Positions 47,723-56,521 of a stretch of DNA of 56,744 nt are shown here, piece after piece (positions within the stretch are counted from its first letter, which is position 1; every line of letters starts with the position of its first letter). The DNA is from an uncultured Spartobacteria bacterium (GTDB lineage Bacteria > Verrucomicrobiota > Verrucomicrobiia > Chthoniobacterales > Terrimicrobiaceae): the NCBI GenBank assembly GCA_937890535.1, contig CALBXK010000280.1, forward strand, positions 1-56,744, in the 5' to 3' direction. The position numbers and the translations under genes are program-made. The notes beneath the pieces are model-generated. The model did not search any database. It was not told the origin of the DNA and saw nothing but the letters and a program-made list of their open reading frames with translations.

Positions 47723-47805
47723 GCAGGGGGAAGACTTGCGCATTTTTCTTCATGAAGCAAGCGCGAGAGCTTGATTTTGATGATTTTCAGGAGTGGAGTG
47801 CTCTT

Positions 47806-48474
47806 ATGAGAATGTTCCTCCTTCTTGCGATCGCATCAATTTCCCTTCTTCCGGCCCAAAATGTTTCGACGTCCGCCCTCTCGGGGGGGGAGGGGGTCAA
47901 TGGGGTGGTGAATGCTCTCGCCGTTCAGGCAGATGGGAAAATCATCGTGGGAGGAAAATTTAGCAACATCAATGGCGTCCCCCGCAACAACCTGGCCCGA
48001 CTCAATGTAGACGGCACCTTGGACCGGACCTTTGTTGACACCTTGGCCCTGGGGGTCAACGGCGAGGTCAATGCCATCGCCATTCAGCCTGACGGTGCCA
48101 TCGTCGTCGGAGGCTTGTTTAATCAGGCCGGTGAGGTGGAAGCCATGAACCTGGTTCGCTATCAGGCGGACGGTTCGGTGGACAAATCTCTTGGCGGTTC
48201 CAACAGCGGAGGAGTCGGAACCAATGGGGCCGTGCTTGCGTTGGCGGTGCAGGCGGATGGTGGAATTCTCGTCGGTGGAAGTTTCAACACTTGTTTTGGT
48301 CAGCCGCGTCGCAGTCTGGCGCTTCTCAAAGCCGACGGAACCCTGGCGGAGGCTTCGCCATTTCTCAATGGTTCGGTGCGGGCGCTTGCGTCAGCGTCCG
48401 AGGCCCCGGCGGTGGCAGGAGGCGTCTTCGAAGTGGACAACCAGAACGCGCGGAATCTTTTCCAAATCAAGTAG
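47806..48474 (+). CDS. Secreted delta-60 repeat / DUF5122 beta-propeller repeat protein
   Basis: The start is at MRMFLLLAIASISLLPAQN (signal). There are four repeats of the type VNALAVQADGKIIVGGKFSNINGVPRNNLARLNVDGTLDRTF. Confidence 0.75.
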   Translation: MRMFLLLAIASISLLPAQNVSTSALSGGEGVNGVVNALAVQADGKIIVGGKFSNINGVPRNNLARLNVDGTLDRTFVDTLALGVNGEVNAIAIQPDGAIVVGGLFNQAGEVEAMNLVRYQADGSVDKSLGGSNSGGVGTNGAVLALAVQADGGILVGGSFNTCFGQPRRSLALLKADGTLAEASPFLNGSVRALASASEAPAVAGGVFEVDNQNARNLFQIK

Positions 48475-49468
48475 ATTCACTTTGTGGCGGTGCCCCGGCG
48501 AGCGCTTCCTGGAGGATGGCTTCGGCGGTGACGCCTTCCGCTTCGCCTTCGAAGTTGAGGATGATGCGATGGCGTAGCGCTGGCAGGGCCCAGGCGTCGA
48601 TGTCGGATTGAGCCACGTGGTAGCGGCCGTCGAGCAGGGCGGTGATCTTGGCGCAAAGCATGAGCGCCTGGGCACCGCGGGGACTGGCCCCGTAACGGAC
48701 GAATTTTTTTGCCAGCGGGACGGATTCCTTGCGGTCCGGGTGGGTGGCGAGCACGAGTTGGACGGCGCGGGCCTCGACTTCACGCACGGCGGGCACGGCG
48801 CGGACGAGCTCACGCAGGGCGGTGGCATTTTTCATCTCGACCGGGGTGACGGTCGGGCTGAATTCGCGGGTGGTGCGTTGTAGGATTTCGTGGAGTTCGT
48901 CCCCATTGGGGTAGTTGACGTGGAGCTTCAGGAGGAAGCGATCCAACTGCGCCTCGGGCAGGGGATAGGTCCCTTCCATCTCGATGGGGTTCTGAGTGGC
49001 CAGGACGAGAAAGGGCTTCTTCATCGGATGCGAGATGCCGGCGACGGTGGCGTGTTTTTCCTGCATCGCTTCGAGGAGGGCGCTCTGGGTTTTAGGGGTG
49101 GCGCGATTGATTTCGTCGGCCAGGATGATATTGGCAAAGATGGGGCCGGGTTCGAATTGAAAGCGCTTGCGACCGTGTTCATCCTCCATGATGAGGTTCG
49201 TGCCAATGATGTCGGAGGGCATGAGGTCGGGGGTGAATTGGATGCGGGAAAAATCCAGTCCAGCGGCGGCGGCCAGAGTATGCACCAGGGCGGTTTTGCC
49301 GAGGCCGGGGGCCCCCTCCAGGAGGGCATGGCCTTCGGCAAAAAATGCCGTCAAGACTCCGCGGACGGCCTCGTCCTGTCCAACCAGCACTTTTTCCATG
49401 CCGGAGCGCAGACGTTGGTAGGTTTCGCAAAATTCCGCCGCGCGCTGTTCGTTTTCTCTGGGGTCCAT
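48467..49468 (-). CDS. MoxR-like AAA+ ATPase
   Basis: The start is at MDPRENEQRAAEF (Met 55). VLVGQDEAVRGVLTAFFAEGHALLEGAPGLGKT (Walker A), ILADEINRATPKTQSALLEAMQE (Walker B/sensor) and ATQNPIEMEGTYPLPEAQLDRF are present. Confidence 0.9.
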   Translation of the reverse strand: MDPRENEQRAAEFCETYQRLRSGMEKVLVGQDEAVRGVLTAFFAEGHALLEGAPGLGKTALVHTLAAAAGLDFSRIQFTPDLMPSDIIGTNLIMEDEHGRKRFQFEPGPIFANIILADEINRATPKTQSALLEAMQEKHATVAGISHPMKKPFLVLATQNPIEMEGTYPLPEAQLDRFLLKLHVNYPNGDELHEILQRTTREFSPTVTPVEMKNATALRELVRAVPAVREVEARAVQLVLATHPDRKESVPLAKKFVRYGASPRGAQALMLCAKITALLDGRYHVAQSDIDAWALPALRHRIILNFEGEAEGVTAEAILQEALAGAPPQSEST

Positions 49469-49626
49469 CGGGTTCGAGTCATTCGCCACTTGCGTACGGA
49501 TGCCCGATTGTCTTCCGTTTGTCACTCTGGAAACGGTGGATGAGGGGCGACCCGCGCCGCGCAGGAGTGGCGCAAGGAAGGCCTCTTCCAACTTCCGCGA
49601 TCCGACCTCCGCGATCCGACTTCGAA

Positions 49627-51129
49627 TCACTCCTTGGGCCGAATGGCTTCAAAATACCGACGCACGAGGATGCGGGATCCGGGAGGAATTTCCTCGCGGG
49701 CGACGGCGTCGAGGGCGGCCGGGCGGGCGGTGTCATAGGCGGATCGATAGGTTTGCTGGGCTTCGGGATCGTCACTTCCCGATGCGCGAAATATCTCCAC
49801 CAAGGTCGCACCGTCGTTCGGGATGCCGGGAACAAAATCGTCCGGCCCCGAGCTGTCGCGATTGGGTTCGGCTTCGCCCGCCAGTTGGGGACCGCGACCG
49901 GTGTCCTTCTCTGAACCGGGAGCTCCCCCAGGAGGGGCATTGTCGCCGTCCCCCGCTCCTGATTTTTCCTGGCCTTTCGGGTTGTCGCCGTCCCCGGATT
50001 CGGAATCCGACGGAGAGGGGTCGTCGGATGCGGCTGCGCCGGATTTGATGTCTTGGACCCGGGAAAGAAACTGACTGCGTTCGGATGTTCCGCTCCCCGA
50101 GGATTTTACCATCGTCACCAAACGGCGTTGGTTTTTTTCACTGTCCCGGCGGGACATCTCCCGGAGGCGGGAATTTTCCACATGGCGGGCGGCCTCTTCG
50201 AGGGCGTTGGCGACGGCTTCGGGATCGAGTTGAGAGAGGCTTTTCGCTGCCGCTTCTTGATTTCCCGAGCGAAGATCGGAAGCGAGTTGGGGGTGACCGG
50301 CGGCCAGGGCCTCCGCCAGAGCGGCGGTCTCGGCGGGGCTGAGTTGCGCCTGGGCGGCCAGGGTTTGTTCCAGATCCGCCAGAGCGCGCAAGGCGTCGCG
50401 GAGCGGTTCGGCGGAGCGGCTCAGTTCCTCTTCTGCTGATTCCAATTTTTGCGCTTCCTCCTGCAGGTCCTTGTCCTCGGGATGCCGGGTGGCTGCCTCG
50501 CGGACGGCGGCGATCAACCCCCGGGCTTCGGCCCGCTCCGGCGCCCCCCGGCTCACTTGCCAGTGACGCAGTCCTTCGATGCCGGCGAGGCCAAGCAGGG
50601 GAACGAGGACCCAAAGATAGCGGCGAAAAGGAAGCCTGAGCCGGAGGGCTTCGGAGAGACTGAGACCGGAGGCAAAACGAGTCACTTCGTCGCGCACGGC
50701 ATGGGCAAATCGGGGTGAGTCCTTGGGATCGAGATCGAGGACGGTGAGGAATCGGTCCCGGGTGGCGGCACGGACATCGACCTCCCGGGCGACTCGCCGG
50801 TCATTCCACCAATGGGCAATGGCGGTGATGGCGGCAATAAGGAGGGGAACCGCCAGGATCCAAACCTCGATCCCCGCCGTTTTGCTCCGGAGGCTGGGGG
50901 AAATCAGGACCAGAGCGCGAAGCAATCCCAGGGCCGAAAACCCGAATACCAGGGCCCAGGCGGCATGGGCGAAAAATCGTTCCCCCGTAAGCCGTCGCCG
51001 GGCCTCCTTGAGTTTTCGGCGTACGATCGTGTCCACAGCAAAGAAGGAACTCCAAGCCCCAGGAAATTGCAATCCACCCTTGCACCTTTGCCACAACGAA
51101 CTAAAATTCTGGAAACTCAATAATACCAT
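49627..51129 (-). CDS. Hypothetical membrane protein with a long coiled-coil/low-complexity region, upstream of MoxR
   Basis: About 470-500 aa with 3 predicted TM helices near the N-terminus, an Ala/Glu-rich helical region, a Gly/Asp/Ser-rich stretch and the C-terminal [20 protein letters not shown]. The ATG at 51129 overlaps the divergent SOD ATG within a CCATGG site. A GTG at 51036 is an alternative start. Confidence 0.65.
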   Translation of the reverse strand: MVLLSFQNFSSLWQRCKGGLQFPGAWSSFFAVDTIVRRKLKEARRRLTGERFFAHAAWALVFGFSALGLLRALVLISPSLRSKTAGIEVWILAVPLLIAAITAIAHWWNDRRVAREVDVRAATRDRFLTVLDLDPKDSPRFAHAVRDEVTRFASGLSLSEALRLRLPFRRYLWVLVPLLGLAGIEGLRHWQVSRGAPERAEARGLIAAVREAATRHPEDKDLQEEAQKLESAEEELSRSAEPLRDALRALADLEQTLAAQAQLSPAETAALAEALAAGHPQLASDLRSGNQEAAAKSLSQLDPEAVANALEEAARHVENSRLREMSRRDSEKNQRRLVTMVKSSGSGTSERSQFLSRVQDIKSGAAASDDPSPSDSESGDGDNPKGQEKSGAGDGDNAPPGGAPGSEKDTGRGPQLAGEAEPNRDSSGPDDFVPGIPNDGATLVEIFRASGSDDPEAQQTYRSAYDTARPAALDAVAREEIPPGSRILVRRYFEAIRPKE

Positions 51130-51757
51130 GGCCTACGAACTCCCATCCCTACCCTACGCGCCCACTGCGCTTGAACCCCACATTGACGCCAAAACGATGG
51201 AGATCCATCACGGCAAACATCACGCCGCTTACGTGGCAAATCTGAACAAGGCGTTGGAAGGCACTCCTGAATTGGCGACGAAGTCGATTTGTGAGCTCGT
51301 CTCCGATCTTTCCGTGGTGCCGGAAGCGGCCCGTGGCGCGGTGCGCAACAATGGGGGTGGACATTGCAACCACAGCTTCTTTTGGACCATCCTCGGACCG
51401 GATGCCGGGGGCGCTCCCACCGGAAAACTGGCCGAGGCCATCAACGCGAAATTTGGCAGCTTCGACGATTTCAAGGCCAAGTTTGAAACAGCCGGCCTCA
51501 CCCGTTTCGGAAGTGGCTGGGCCTGGCTCTATGTCACTCCCGGCGGCGAACTCGCGATCGGCTCCACCGCCAATCAAGACACCCCGCTCATGGGCGAGGC
51601 AGTGGCCGGGATCGCGGGCAAACCCGTCGTCGGAGTCGATGTCTGGGAACACGCCTATTACCTCAACTACCAGAATCGTCGTCCCGATTACCTCAAGGCT
51701 TTCTGGAATGTCGTGTCCTGGAGCGCCGCCGAAGCGAATTACGCCGCCGCTCTCTAA
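51128..51757 (+). CDS. Superoxide dismutase (Fe/Mn family)
   Basis: [36 protein letters not shown] and [18 protein letters not shown] are canonical Fe/Mn-SOD motifs. The upstream 135 codons of the track ORF are rejected. Confidence 0.93.
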   Translation: MAYELPSLPYAPTALEPHIDAKTMEIHHGKHHAAYVANLNKALEGTPELATKSICELVSDLSVVPEAARGAVRNNGGGHCNHSFFWTILGPDAGGAPTGKLAEAINAKFGSFDDFKAKFETAGLTRFGSGWAWLYVTPGGELAIGSTANQDTPLMGEAVAGIAGKPVVGVDVWEHAYYLNYQNRRPDYLKAFWNVVSWSAAEANYAAAL

Positions 51758-51780
51758 ACGCAACTGCAAATTACGAAAAA

Positions 51781-51810
51781 GCCGCCGGAATCCCCGGCGG
51801 CTTTTTCTTT
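51781..51810 (+). terminator. Rho-independent terminator after the SOD gene
   Basis: The stem gccgccgg (51781-51788) pairs with ccggcggc (51794-51801) around a 5-nt loop. It is followed by tttttcttt and preceded by an A-tract. Confidence 0.65.
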
Positions 51811-51811
51811 C

Positions 51812-51839
51812 CAATCCACAATCCGCAATCCGCAATCGC
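51812..51839. repeat. Four tandem heptamers (CAATCCA CAATCCG CAATCCG CAATCGC) abutting the dapL start codon
   Basis: Read directly at 51812-51839. The ATG of dapL is at 51840. Confidence 0.85.
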
Positions 51840-53078
51840 ATGGCTCACCTCAATTCCCACTACCTCAAACTCAAGGCCGGCTACCTCTTTCCTGAGATCA
51901 CCCGTCGGGTGAAGACCTTCACCGACGCCAACCCGGACGCCGCCGCCCGCCTCATTCGCTGCGGCATCGGAGATGTGACCGAACCTCTGCCGGTCGCGGT
52001 GCGCGAGGCCATGCACAAGGCAGTGGATGAACTTGGGGTCCGTGAAACATTTCGCGGCTACGGGCCGGAGCAGGGGCAGGAATTTCTCCGTCACGCCATT
52101 GCCGAAAATGACTACCGCAAGCGGGGTCTGGAGATCGCCGACGACGAAATCTTTGTTTCCGACGGTTCCAAATGCGATTGCGCCAATATCCTCGATATCC
52201 TCGGGGTCGGCAACCGGATCGCGGTCATGGACCCGGTCTATCCGGTCTATGTCGATACCAACGTCATGGCCGGCCACACCGGCGGGGCGAACGAAGCTGG
52301 AGTCTATGAAGGTCTTGTGTACCTGCCCTGCACCGAGGCCAATGGTTTCATGCCCGGGGTGCCGGATGAGAAAGTGGACCTCGTCTATCTGTGTTCACCC
52401 AACAACCCGACCGGCGCCGTCGCCACCCGCCAACGCCTGGAGGAATGGGTGCGCTACGCCGCAGACAACGAGGCCATCCTGCTCTATGACGCTGCCTACG
52501 AGGCCTATATCACGGATGCGGACGTTCCCCGTTCGATTTACGAGATCCCCGGGGCGCGCGACTGCGCCATCGAGTTTCGCAGTTTTTCAAAAAATGGCGG
52601 GTTCACCGGAGTGCGATGCGCCTTCACGGTTCTGCCCAAGGCGATCCAGTGTCGCACAGAATCCGGCGAAAAAACCGCCCTCCATCCCTTGTGGAACCGA
52701 CGGTTTAGCACCAAATTCAACGGCGTTTCCTATGTCACTCAGCGAGGAGCCGAGGCCCTATATTCCTCTGAGGGACGCAAGGAAGTGGCCGACCTCGTGT
52801 CGCATTACATGGAAAATGCCCGCATCCTCCGCGAGGCCATGAATGGCAGTGGCTTGACCGTCTTTGGCGGTGTCAATGCCCCCTATATCTGGGTGCAGGG
52901 TCCGAAGGGCAGCACGAGTTGGGAGATCTTCGATAAAGTCCTCAACGAGGCCCATATTGTCATCACCCCCGGCAGTGGCTTTGGCAGCGCCGGCGAAGGG
53001 TATTTTCGGATTTCGGCCTTTAATAGCCGGGCCAATGCCGAAGAAGCCGGACGTCGCCTCGCCGCCTTGAAGTGGTAA
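51840..53078 (+). CDS. dapL: LL-diaminopimelate aminotransferase
   Basis: 412 aa starting [40 protein letters not shown]. The PLP lysine region is [17 protein letters not shown]. This is the DapL pattern known from Chlamydiae, plants and Verrucomicrobia. Confidence 0.9.
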   Translation: MAHLNSHYLKLKAGYLFPEITRRVKTFTDANPDAAARLIRCGIGDVTEPLPVAVREAMHKAVDELGVRETFRGYGPEQGQEFLRHAIAENDYRKRGLEIADDEIFVSDGSKCDCANILDILGVGNRIAVMDPVYPVYVDTNVMAGHTGGANEAGVYEGLVYLPCTEANGFMPGVPDEKVDLVYLCSPNNPTGAVATRQRLEEWVRYAADNEAILLYDAAYEAYITDADVPRSIYEIPGARDCAIEFRSFSKNGGFTGVRCAFTVLPKAIQCRTESGEKTALHPLWNRRFSTKFNGVSYVTQRGAEALYSSEGRKEVADLVSHYMENARILREAMNGSGLTVFGGVNAPYIWVQGPKGSTSWEIFDKVLNEAHIVITPGSGFGSAGEGYFRISAFNSRANAEEAGRRLAALKW

Positions 53079-53126
53079 GGGGTTGAAAGGATCCGACGTG
53101 GGTTTACTCCCTGACGATAGGAACCC

Positions 53127-53498
53127 ATGAATTCGAGCGTCAAGGAAACGACGATCCTGTTCGTTTATGGAACCCTGAAGAGAGGCTTCGAGAACCACCC
53201 GATCGTGGAAGAGAGCCGATTTATCGGCACGGCCCGAAGCGTTCAGCCCATGGCAATGTGGGGGATCGAGTTCCCCTATGTCTCTGACAAACTTCCACTC
53301 TATCCTATTTTTGGGGAAGTCTATGAAGTCAGCGAGGCGGTGCTGCGTCTTACCGACGCACTCGAAGATCACCCCCGCTTGTATCAACGGAGCGTTCGGG
53401 ATTTTTCCCTTGTGGGAGGCAATGTCATTGCGGCTTGGATTTATCTCAGTCACGCCCAACTCCGATCCAAGCCCTTGGAGTCTGGAGAGTGGAAATAG
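53127..53498 (+). CDS. Gamma-glutamylcyclotransferase (AIG2/GGACT-like) family protein
   Basis: 123 aa. The LFVYGTLKRGFENH motif (YGTLKxG) and the distal GEVYEV..L..LD..E are present. Confidence 0.8.
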   Translation: MNSSVKETTILFVYGTLKRGFENHPIVEESRFIGTARSVQPMAMWGIEFPYVSDKLPLYPIFGEVYEVSEAVLRLTDALEDHPRLYQRSVRDFSLVGGNVIAAWIYLSHAQLRSKPLESGEWK

Positions 53499-53615
53499 TC
53501 GGCCCGAAGTGGCCGAGGTCTTTGAACGGGTTTTTCGACCAGCGCAGGAAACCACCAGAGAGGTACAGGTCATGGCAGAAATGGACAAAGGTAAAATTTT
53601 CAGTGGGAGGGAGCA

Positions 53616-54476
53616 TCAGGTTTTCAAGCGCTGGGCTTCGACCCGCACCTGTTCGGGTGTCCAGCCGCGTTCCCGCAGGGCTCGCAGGTTGAGGGATTTT
53701 TCCCGCTTGGCCAGGCGCCGCCCGTGTTCGTCTCTCAGGAGTGGACAATGTGCGAACAGCGGGGGCGCGGCCTGTAGGGCCCGATAAAGGAGGATTTGCC
53801 GGGCGGTGGAAGTCAGGAGATCAGCCCCTCGCACCACTTCGGTGATGGCCATGGCGATATCATCCACCACCACCGCCAGTTCGTAGGCGGGGACATTGTC
53901 ACGGTTCCAAACCACAAAATCTCCAAAGTCCTGCAAGGCCGTGCGCCGCACCGGACCAAGCAGTCCATCCTCAAAGAGGATCTCCTCGTGGTCGGGGACT
54001 CGGAAACGCCAGTTGCGTCCCTCCGGCGTCGCATGGTCGATGGCGGTTTCGGTCCGCCAGGCGACCGGGAAAACCGGTTCTTCTTCGTGTGGGGCCTGCG
54101 CGGCCGTGGCGACATCCTTGCGGGAACGCAGGCAGGGATAGATGAATCCGCCGTCGCGCAGGCGCTTCCAAGCCTCAAAATAGAATTCCCGCCTGGCGCT
54201 TTGTTGGTAGGGGCCGAAGGGCCCGCCTTCGTCCGGTCCTTCCTCCCAGGCCAGATCCAGCCATCGTAAATCCTCGATCGCGGCTGCGGAAAACTCCGGT
54301 CGGCAGCGCTGGGGATCGAGATCCTCCATTCGCAAGACAAGGGTCCCCCCAGAGGCCCGCTCGGCCGCCGTCCAAAACGTCGCAGCATGGCCGAGGTGCA
54401 AATATCCGGTCGGGGTCGGCGCGATTCGACCTCGAGAGGGGTTCGAGGACATTGGCGTAGATCCGGACAACATCAC
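53616..54476 (-). CDS. gluQ: tRNA glutamyl-Q(34) synthetase (GluQRS)
   Basis: 286 aa, a truncated GluRS catalytic domain. GRIAPTPTGYLHLGHA (HIGH-like), LRMEDLD, VVDD and a KLSKR-like LAKREKS are present. There is no anticodon-binding domain. Confidence 0.85.
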   Translation of the reverse strand: MMLSGSTPMSSNPSRGRIAPTPTGYLHLGHAATFWTAAERASGGTLVLRMEDLDPQRCRPEFSAAAIEDLRWLDLAWEEGPDEGGPFGPYQQSARREFYFEAWKRLRDGGFIYPCLRSRKDVATAAQAPHEEEPVFPVAWRTETAIDHATPEGRNWRFRVPDHEEILFEDGLLGPVRRTALQDFGDFVVWNRDNVPAYELAVVVDDIAMAITEVVRGADLLTSTARQILLYRALQAAPPLFAHCPLLRDEHGRRLAKREKSLNLRALRERGWTPEQVRVEAQRLKT

Positions 54477-54666
54477 CGCCAGAGCCGACCAGAAAGTTCA
54501 CGAGAAGGAATTATCTTCATGCTCAACGATCGCACGTAAGGATGCGGCAAGTCAAAGGGGATGCGTCAGGGCGGATGGCAGCTAAGAAGGGTTTTGAGGT
54601 TGTTTTCCAAAAACCCAAAAGAACCCGTAAATCACCAAGCCTATTTGGCCATATTTGATTTTTGCA

Positions 54667-54744
54667 CCCTGACCCCATTCCCATTCCCCTGACCCCATTC
54701 CCATTCCCCATTCCCATTCCCCCATTCCCCATTCCCATTCCCCC
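54667..54744. repeat. C-rich short tandem repeat tract (CCCATT / CCTGACCCCATTCCCATTCC units), with the G-rich strand on minus
   Basis: Read directly. There are 12 runs of C3-C5 separated by 3-nt spacers (att or tga), and the 20-mer cctgaccccattcccattcc occurs twice in tandem. Confidence 0.9.
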
Positions 54745-54846
54745 ACCAGTCGAGCCAGTAAGGCGGCCTGCGCTCTCCAACCGAAAATTTTGAGCCCAAA
54801 AATTTCAGGTCTAGCAAGACAGAGGGTCATGGAAAAATTTCAATTG

Positions 54847-54875
54847 GGAGGCAAAAGATCCGACTTGCCTCCTTT
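54847..54875 (+). terminator. Small hairpin with a short T-run in the leader of the BNR gene (possible terminator/attenuator)
   Basis: ggaggcaa (54847-54854) pairs with ttgcctcc (54865-54872) around a 10-nt loop, followed by ttt. Weak. Confidence 0.25.
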
Positions 54876-54930
54876 GAATTCAAAGACCAAATAGCCAAAC
54901 CACAACTCGTATATTTCAATCCATATTCAC

Positions 54931-56073
54931 GTGCCATCAAAGACCATTCGCATCATCAGAAAAGGAACCGTCTTCCAAGGAGAATCCGGAACCTGCCAAC
55001 AGAGCTCGTCCTTTCCCGCCGCCACCATTCTTCCCGATGGACGTTGGATCTGTGTCTGGCGTAGTGCTCCTCGCAAAGAGAGCTGCCCTCAGGAAATTGT
55101 TGTTTATTCCGTTTCCGATGACGAAGGCCAGACCTGGTTGGAACCCCGCCCCTTTCTGCCTTGCCCGTCCTTGGACGGACGCCCGGGAGCGTGGCGCGCC
55201 GGAGCCTGCACTCCCGTGGGCAATTCCGAGGTCATTGCCGTTCTCGCCTGGACGGACCACAGTCACCCCGAACTTCCATTTTTCGATCCGTCCACGCAAT
55301 CCCTGAAAGACATTCGACTTTTTCTCACCCGATCCTCTGATCGAGGGACGACCTGGTCTCCGGCGGAACCCATCCCGACCCAGCCCGACATTGCCGCCGC
55401 TCCAATGACCGGCCCGATCCTCGTGCTGCCCGATGGCCGTTGGGCCTGTCAGTATGAAACCAACAAACGCTACGGCTCGGAAGGTCCCTGGCACCACACC
55501 TCCCGATTGCTTTTTTCGTCGGATCAAGGCGAAACTTGGACAGAAAACATTGAAATAACCGGCGACCCGGCGGGCCGCTATTTTTGGTGGGATCAACGGC
55601 CTGGCGTTGCGCCCGATGGGAGCATGATCGATCTCTTTTGGACCTTCGATCAGGAGAAAGCCCACTACCTCAATGTGCATGCGTCATCTTCCTCGGACGG
55701 TCGGACCTGGTCACCGCCCCGGGACATAGGATTTCCCGGTCAGCCCTCCCAACCCGTTCCCCTCTCCGATCACCGATGGCTCATGACCTGGATTGATCGC
55801 GAAGGCGCACCCACCATCAAAGCCCGACTGAGCGAAGATAACGGTCAAACCTGGCCGGCTGATTCCGAAGTCGTCCTGGTGCAAGGAGGGATTCCTACCC
55901 AGACCGTCCGCAAGGATTCCATGAACGACGCCTGGGAGGAAATGACCGCATTTTCCATGGGGTTCCCCGGAACCGCTCTCGGCCCCGATGGTCGGATCCT
56001 GGTCACCTATTATCATGGCGATACGACCGATCAGACCGGGATTTATTGGTGCCTGCTTTCTGTCGATGACTGA
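54931..56073 (+). CDS. BNR/Asp-box repeat protein (sialidase/GH33-like beta-propeller), with no signal peptide
   Basis: 380 aa with a GTG start. It has five Asp-boxes: SDDEGQTW, SSDRGTTW, SSDQGETW, SSSDGRTW and SEDNGQTW. Confidence 0.8.
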   Translation: MPSKTIRIIRKGTVFQGESGTCQQSSSFPAATILPDGRWICVWRSAPRKESCPQEIVVYSVSDDEGQTWLEPRPFLPCPSLDGRPGAWRAGACTPVGNSEVIAVLAWTDHSHPELPFFDPSTQSLKDIRLFLTRSSDRGTTWSPAEPIPTQPDIAAAPMTGPILVLPDGRWACQYETNKRYGSEGPWHHTSRLLFSSDQGETWTENIEITGDPAGRYFWWDQRPGVAPDGSMIDLFWTFDQEKAHYLNVHASSSSDGRTWSPPRDIGFPGQPSQPVPLSDHRWLMTWIDREGAPTIKARLSEDNGQTWPADSEVVLVQGGIPTQTVRKDSMNDAWEEMTAFSMGFPGTALGPDGRILVTYYHGDTTDQTGIYWCLLSVDD

Positions 56074-56134
56074 CGGGGGGAGGTCATGTCCTCTCGAAGG
56101 GTGCAGCGGCTTGTGAAGACGAATGCGCCTGAGT

Positions 56135-56491
56135 TTAAAGTTTGGTCTGCTTTCCTTGGGCTCCCAGTCGTCGTAATTGAGTGGAGGTGCAGCCCGTGGC
56201 CTGCTTGATAAAAGCGCAGAGATAGCTCTGATGAGAGAATCCCAGCTTCGCGGCCATTTCCTTGATGGATAAATCCGGCCGCTCCAGCAGGGCATGTAAT
56301 CGTTCCAATCGCCATCCATAGACGGTTTCCCGGAAGGTTTCGCCGCAAACTTCTTTATAGGTGTGGGTAAATGTCGAAGTCGAAACATCCAGTTTGGCCG
56401 CAATGGTGGCGATCGTCAGGGTTTTGGGAAAAATGTGGTCCAGGGAACTGGGGAACTGGGGGTCAGTGGGGAACTGGGGGTCAGGCTGCAA
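56135..56491 (-). CDS. Single-domain AraC-family HTH regulator (MarA/SoxS-like size)
   Basis: 118 aa. The double HTH is TIATIAAKLDVSTSTFTHTYKEVCGETF..IKEMAAKLGFSHQSYLCAFIKQATGCTSTQLRR. The only start is a TTG at 56491, with a stop 2 codons upstream. The first 16 codons (QPDPQFPTDPQFPSS) are encoded by the G-rich repeat. Confidence 0.65.
   Translation of the reverse strand: MQPDPQFPTDPQFPSSLDHIFPKTLTIATIAAKLDVSTSTFTHTYKEVCGETFRETVYGWRLERLHALLERPDLSIKEMAAKLGFSHQSYLCAFIKQATGCTSTQLRRLGAQGKQTKL
56443..56485. repeat. G-rich tandem repeat (GGGGAACTGGGGGTCAG x2 plus a partial unit), related in reverse complement to the 54667 tract
   Basis: gggaactggggaactgggggtcagtggggaactgggggtcagg. The reverse complement CCTGACCCCCAGTTCCCC resembles CCTGACCCCATTCCC at 54668. 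Confidence 0.85.
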
Positions 56492-56521
56492 AACTCAAAT
56501 ATAGGCGGCCTGTTTGTTGCC

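Noticed and set aside
47330-47743. 137-aa minus-strand ORF.
   Set aside because: It reads through the tRNA-Arg gene and the antisense of the SDR 3' end.
50723-51127. A 135-codon N-terminal extension of the SOD ORF. The same pattern occurs upstream of gpsA (27544-27762), pdxH (33679-33936), crtQ (41506-41874), crtP (42972-43118), the TPR gene (43718-44017), aldH (43511-43765), the SDR gene (46701-46865) and moxR (49469-49630).
   Set aside because: In each case a canonical family N-terminus or a signal peptide begins at an internal Met. The extension overlaps a neighbouring gene or has Arg/Pro/Ser-rich junk composition.
54667-54744. Considered whether the repeat tract could be a CRISPR array.
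   Set aside because: The units are 6-20 bp and directly abutting, with no unique spacers, and there are no cas genes. It is a microsatellite-type tract.
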